Sequence record: SRR31156797_5074
Direction: 5' to 3' (one strand)
Length of the DNA stretch: 20,000 nt
The notes under the pieces: model-generated
What the model was told of the DNA's origin: nothing
Seen by the model: the letters and a program-made list of their open reading frames with translations, nothing else
Database searches by the model: none
Shown here: positions 18,414 through 20,000 of the stretch, piece by piece
How the letters are laid out: every line of letters starts with the position of its first letter
How positions within the stretch are numbered: the first letter of the stretch is position 1
Position numbers and translations under genes: made by a program

Positions 18414-19172
18414 ATGATCAGCCGATTTGCTAGGATTGTTTCGCTGAGCCTATTGTTCATCTTAACTGGGTGTAGTTCTGTCCCTGAAGGTGAAACGACG
18501 TCAGATGCCAATATTAATGACCCGCTAGAGGGTATTAACCGTACAATGTGGTCGTTCAACTACGACTTTCTGGATCCTTATTTTGTCAGGCCCGTCTCGC
18601 TTACCTATGTAGAATATACCCCCACACCCATTCGCCACGGCATTGCTAACTTTTTGGCTAATTTAGATGAGCCTGCCAGTATGATAAACAACTTGTTGAT
18701 GGGAAATGGCGGTAAAGCGTTGGATCACTTCAATCGATTCTGGATTAACTCTACGTTCGGTTTACTTGGTTTAATCGATATTGCCTCTGAGGCTGGTATC
18801 ACCAAACACGGTGAAAAAAGTTTTGGTGATGCTATCGGCCACCAAGGTGTCGGTAAAGGCCCTTACATCATGGTTCCCGGTTACGGCCCATTTGTGGTGA
18901 GGGAAGCGGGGGATATGGTCGACTCACTTTATGCGCCACTTTCATACCTTAATATATGGGCTTCTTTGGGTAAGTGGGCATTCGAAGGGATGGAAACACG
19001 AGCGGCATTGGTCAACCAAGAAGTCATGTTGGAGAATTCACCGGACTCGTACTCTTTCACCCGTTCGGCTTATTTGCAGCGCAGAGATTTCACTGCCGAA
19101 GTTGAAACTGAAGCAGAAATTGATGAAAGTGAAGAAGACTACTTAGATGCCTACATGGAAGAAGGGTTTTAA
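18414..19172 (+). CDS. mlaA: Outer-membrane lipid asymmetry lipoprotein MlaA/VacJ
   Basis: Lipoprotein signal with lipobox LTGC, then DPLEGINR, NFLANLDEP, RFWINSTFGLLGLID and GPYIMVPGYGP. ATG 18414 is preferred to TTG 18396. Confidence 0.95.
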   Translation: MISRFARIVSLSLLFILTGCSSVPEGETTSDANINDPLEGINRTMWSFNYDFLDPYFVRPVSLTYVEYTPTPIRHGIANFLANLDEPASMINNLLMGNGGKALDHFNRFWINSTFGLLGLIDIASEAGITKHGEKSFGDAIGHQGVGKGPYIMVPGYGPFVVREAGDMVDSLYAPLSYLNIWASLGKWAFEGMETRAALVNQEVMLENSPDSYSFTRSAYLQRRDFTAEVETEAEIDESEEDYLDAYMEEGF

Positions 19173-19177
19173 ATATT

Positions 19178-19222
19178 CTCAAGTGACTTCAAGATGTGGG
19201 ATTCATCTTGAAGTCACTTGAG
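19178..19222. repeat. Perfect 19-bp inverted repeat between convergent stops (possible MITE remnant or bidirectional terminator)
   Basis: CTCAAGTGACTTCAAGATG (19178-19196), loop TGGGATT, then CATCTTGAAGTCACTTGAG (19204-19222). Confidence 0.9.
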
Positions 19223-19229
19223 TAAATTC

Positions 19230-19898
19230 CTATGCAGACATCACACGGCCACTGAAATACTCATTCGCAACAATGTATTCCGTATTGCGGATGAGCTCAT
19301 CTTTAACTTCCGCCCAATGCTGCTTTCTTTTGCTGGAAGCGCTTATGGGAACGACACCTCCCACACGAATATTGAAAGGCATCAGTTCTTTTGCCCAGCT
19401 TTGGGTAAAGCCCGCAACTATACAAGTGGCGTTTTCAATGCCTGAATCATTCTTGGCATCGCCATAGAAAATGACATTAACAACAACTCCCTTCACATGA
19501 TGCTGTCTCATTCGTTCGGTACAGGCTTGTCCAAAAGAAAACAGAGATGAAGCCATCAATGCTAATTTTTGAATAAACAGCTCTGCAGGTTGGTCGTCCA
19601 CGAGAGAGGGCATGGGGGCTGTTGGCCAGTTATTAATTAAGACATCGGGCGCATTGTGGTAGGTTTGCTCAATATGATCGAACATGGTGTTGAGACTGGC
19701 TGCGGAATAGTCTGGTAAGTGATAGTAATCCACGAGCTCGGAAATCTCCCGACAAAGCTGGTAAGATTTATCCAATCCACTTTTATCACTATCACACAAA
19801 ATCACTTGGGCACCTAAGCGACTAAAGTGAGCCGCCAAAGTACAACCCAGCAATGAGCTTGCTGAGGTAATTAATACGACCGCGCTTTTTATATCCAT
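19230..19898 (-). CDS. Atypical short-chain dehydrogenase/reductase-fold protein
   Basis: SDR topology (VVLITSASSLLG, GAQVILCD, PDVLINN, GVVVNV, FTQSWAKELMPFNIRVGGVVP, NEYFSGRV) with degenerate cofactor and catalytic motifs. RBS AAGGTGG is upstream on the - strand. Confidence 0.85.
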   Translation of the reverse strand: MDIKSAVVLITSASSLLGCTLAAHFSRLGAQVILCDSDKSGLDKSYQLCREISELVDYYHLPDYSAASLNTMFDHIEQTYHNAPDVLINNWPTAPMPSLVDDQPAELFIQKLALMASSLFSFGQACTERMRQHHVKGVVVNVIFYGDAKNDSGIENATCIVAGFTQSWAKELMPFNIRVGGVVPISASSKRKQHWAEVKDELIRNTEYIVANEYFSGRVMSA

Positions 19899-20000
19899 AT
19901 CGGGCCACCTTGTACTTTATTTTTGTAATACCAGTCGTAGTCAATAACTGCTTATCTTAGCTTGTTAAACTACTCGATAACTGCGTTAAAAATTTTGATT

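Noticed and set aside
445..19467. Many short antisense or alternate-frame ORFs in the track (e.g. 1096-1470, 5958-6266, 9833-10165, 14788-15120, 16991-17326, 18931-19146, 19218-19445)
   Set aside because: They lie almost entirely within well-supported genes and show no recognisable motifs. They are the expected shadow ORFs.

Overview
An ordinary core-genome window from a Vibrio or close Vibrionaceae chromosome. The genus call comes from gene order and protein sequences; I cannot determine the species. 1-11091 (+) is the end of the polar flagellum/chemotaxis operon: flhA (3' part), flhF, flhG, fliA, cheY, cheZ, cheA, cheB, parC, parP, cheW and fipA (DUF2802), closed by an intrinsic terminator. 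11291-18296 (+) is the complete System I cytochrome c maturation operon ccmABCDEFGHI, with its own sigma70-like promoter. It is followed by mlaA/vacJ (+) and a convergent, apparently catalytically degenerate SDR-fold gene (-). I found no CRISPR array, prophage, transposase, RNA gene or defence system, and cannot honestly claim a new multi-gene system. The best second-look items are: (i) three acidic amphipathic repeats in CheA where P2 normally sits, resembling the CheZ C-terminal and FliM N-terminal CheY-binding peptides; (ii) a perfect 19-bp inverted repeat between mlaA and the SDR gene that looks like a collapsed MITE; (iii) the pseudo-enzyme-like SDR; (iv) an unusual DEPPS (usually DEPTS) motif in FlhG; (v) the only recently characterised pole-organising genes parC, parP and fipA.
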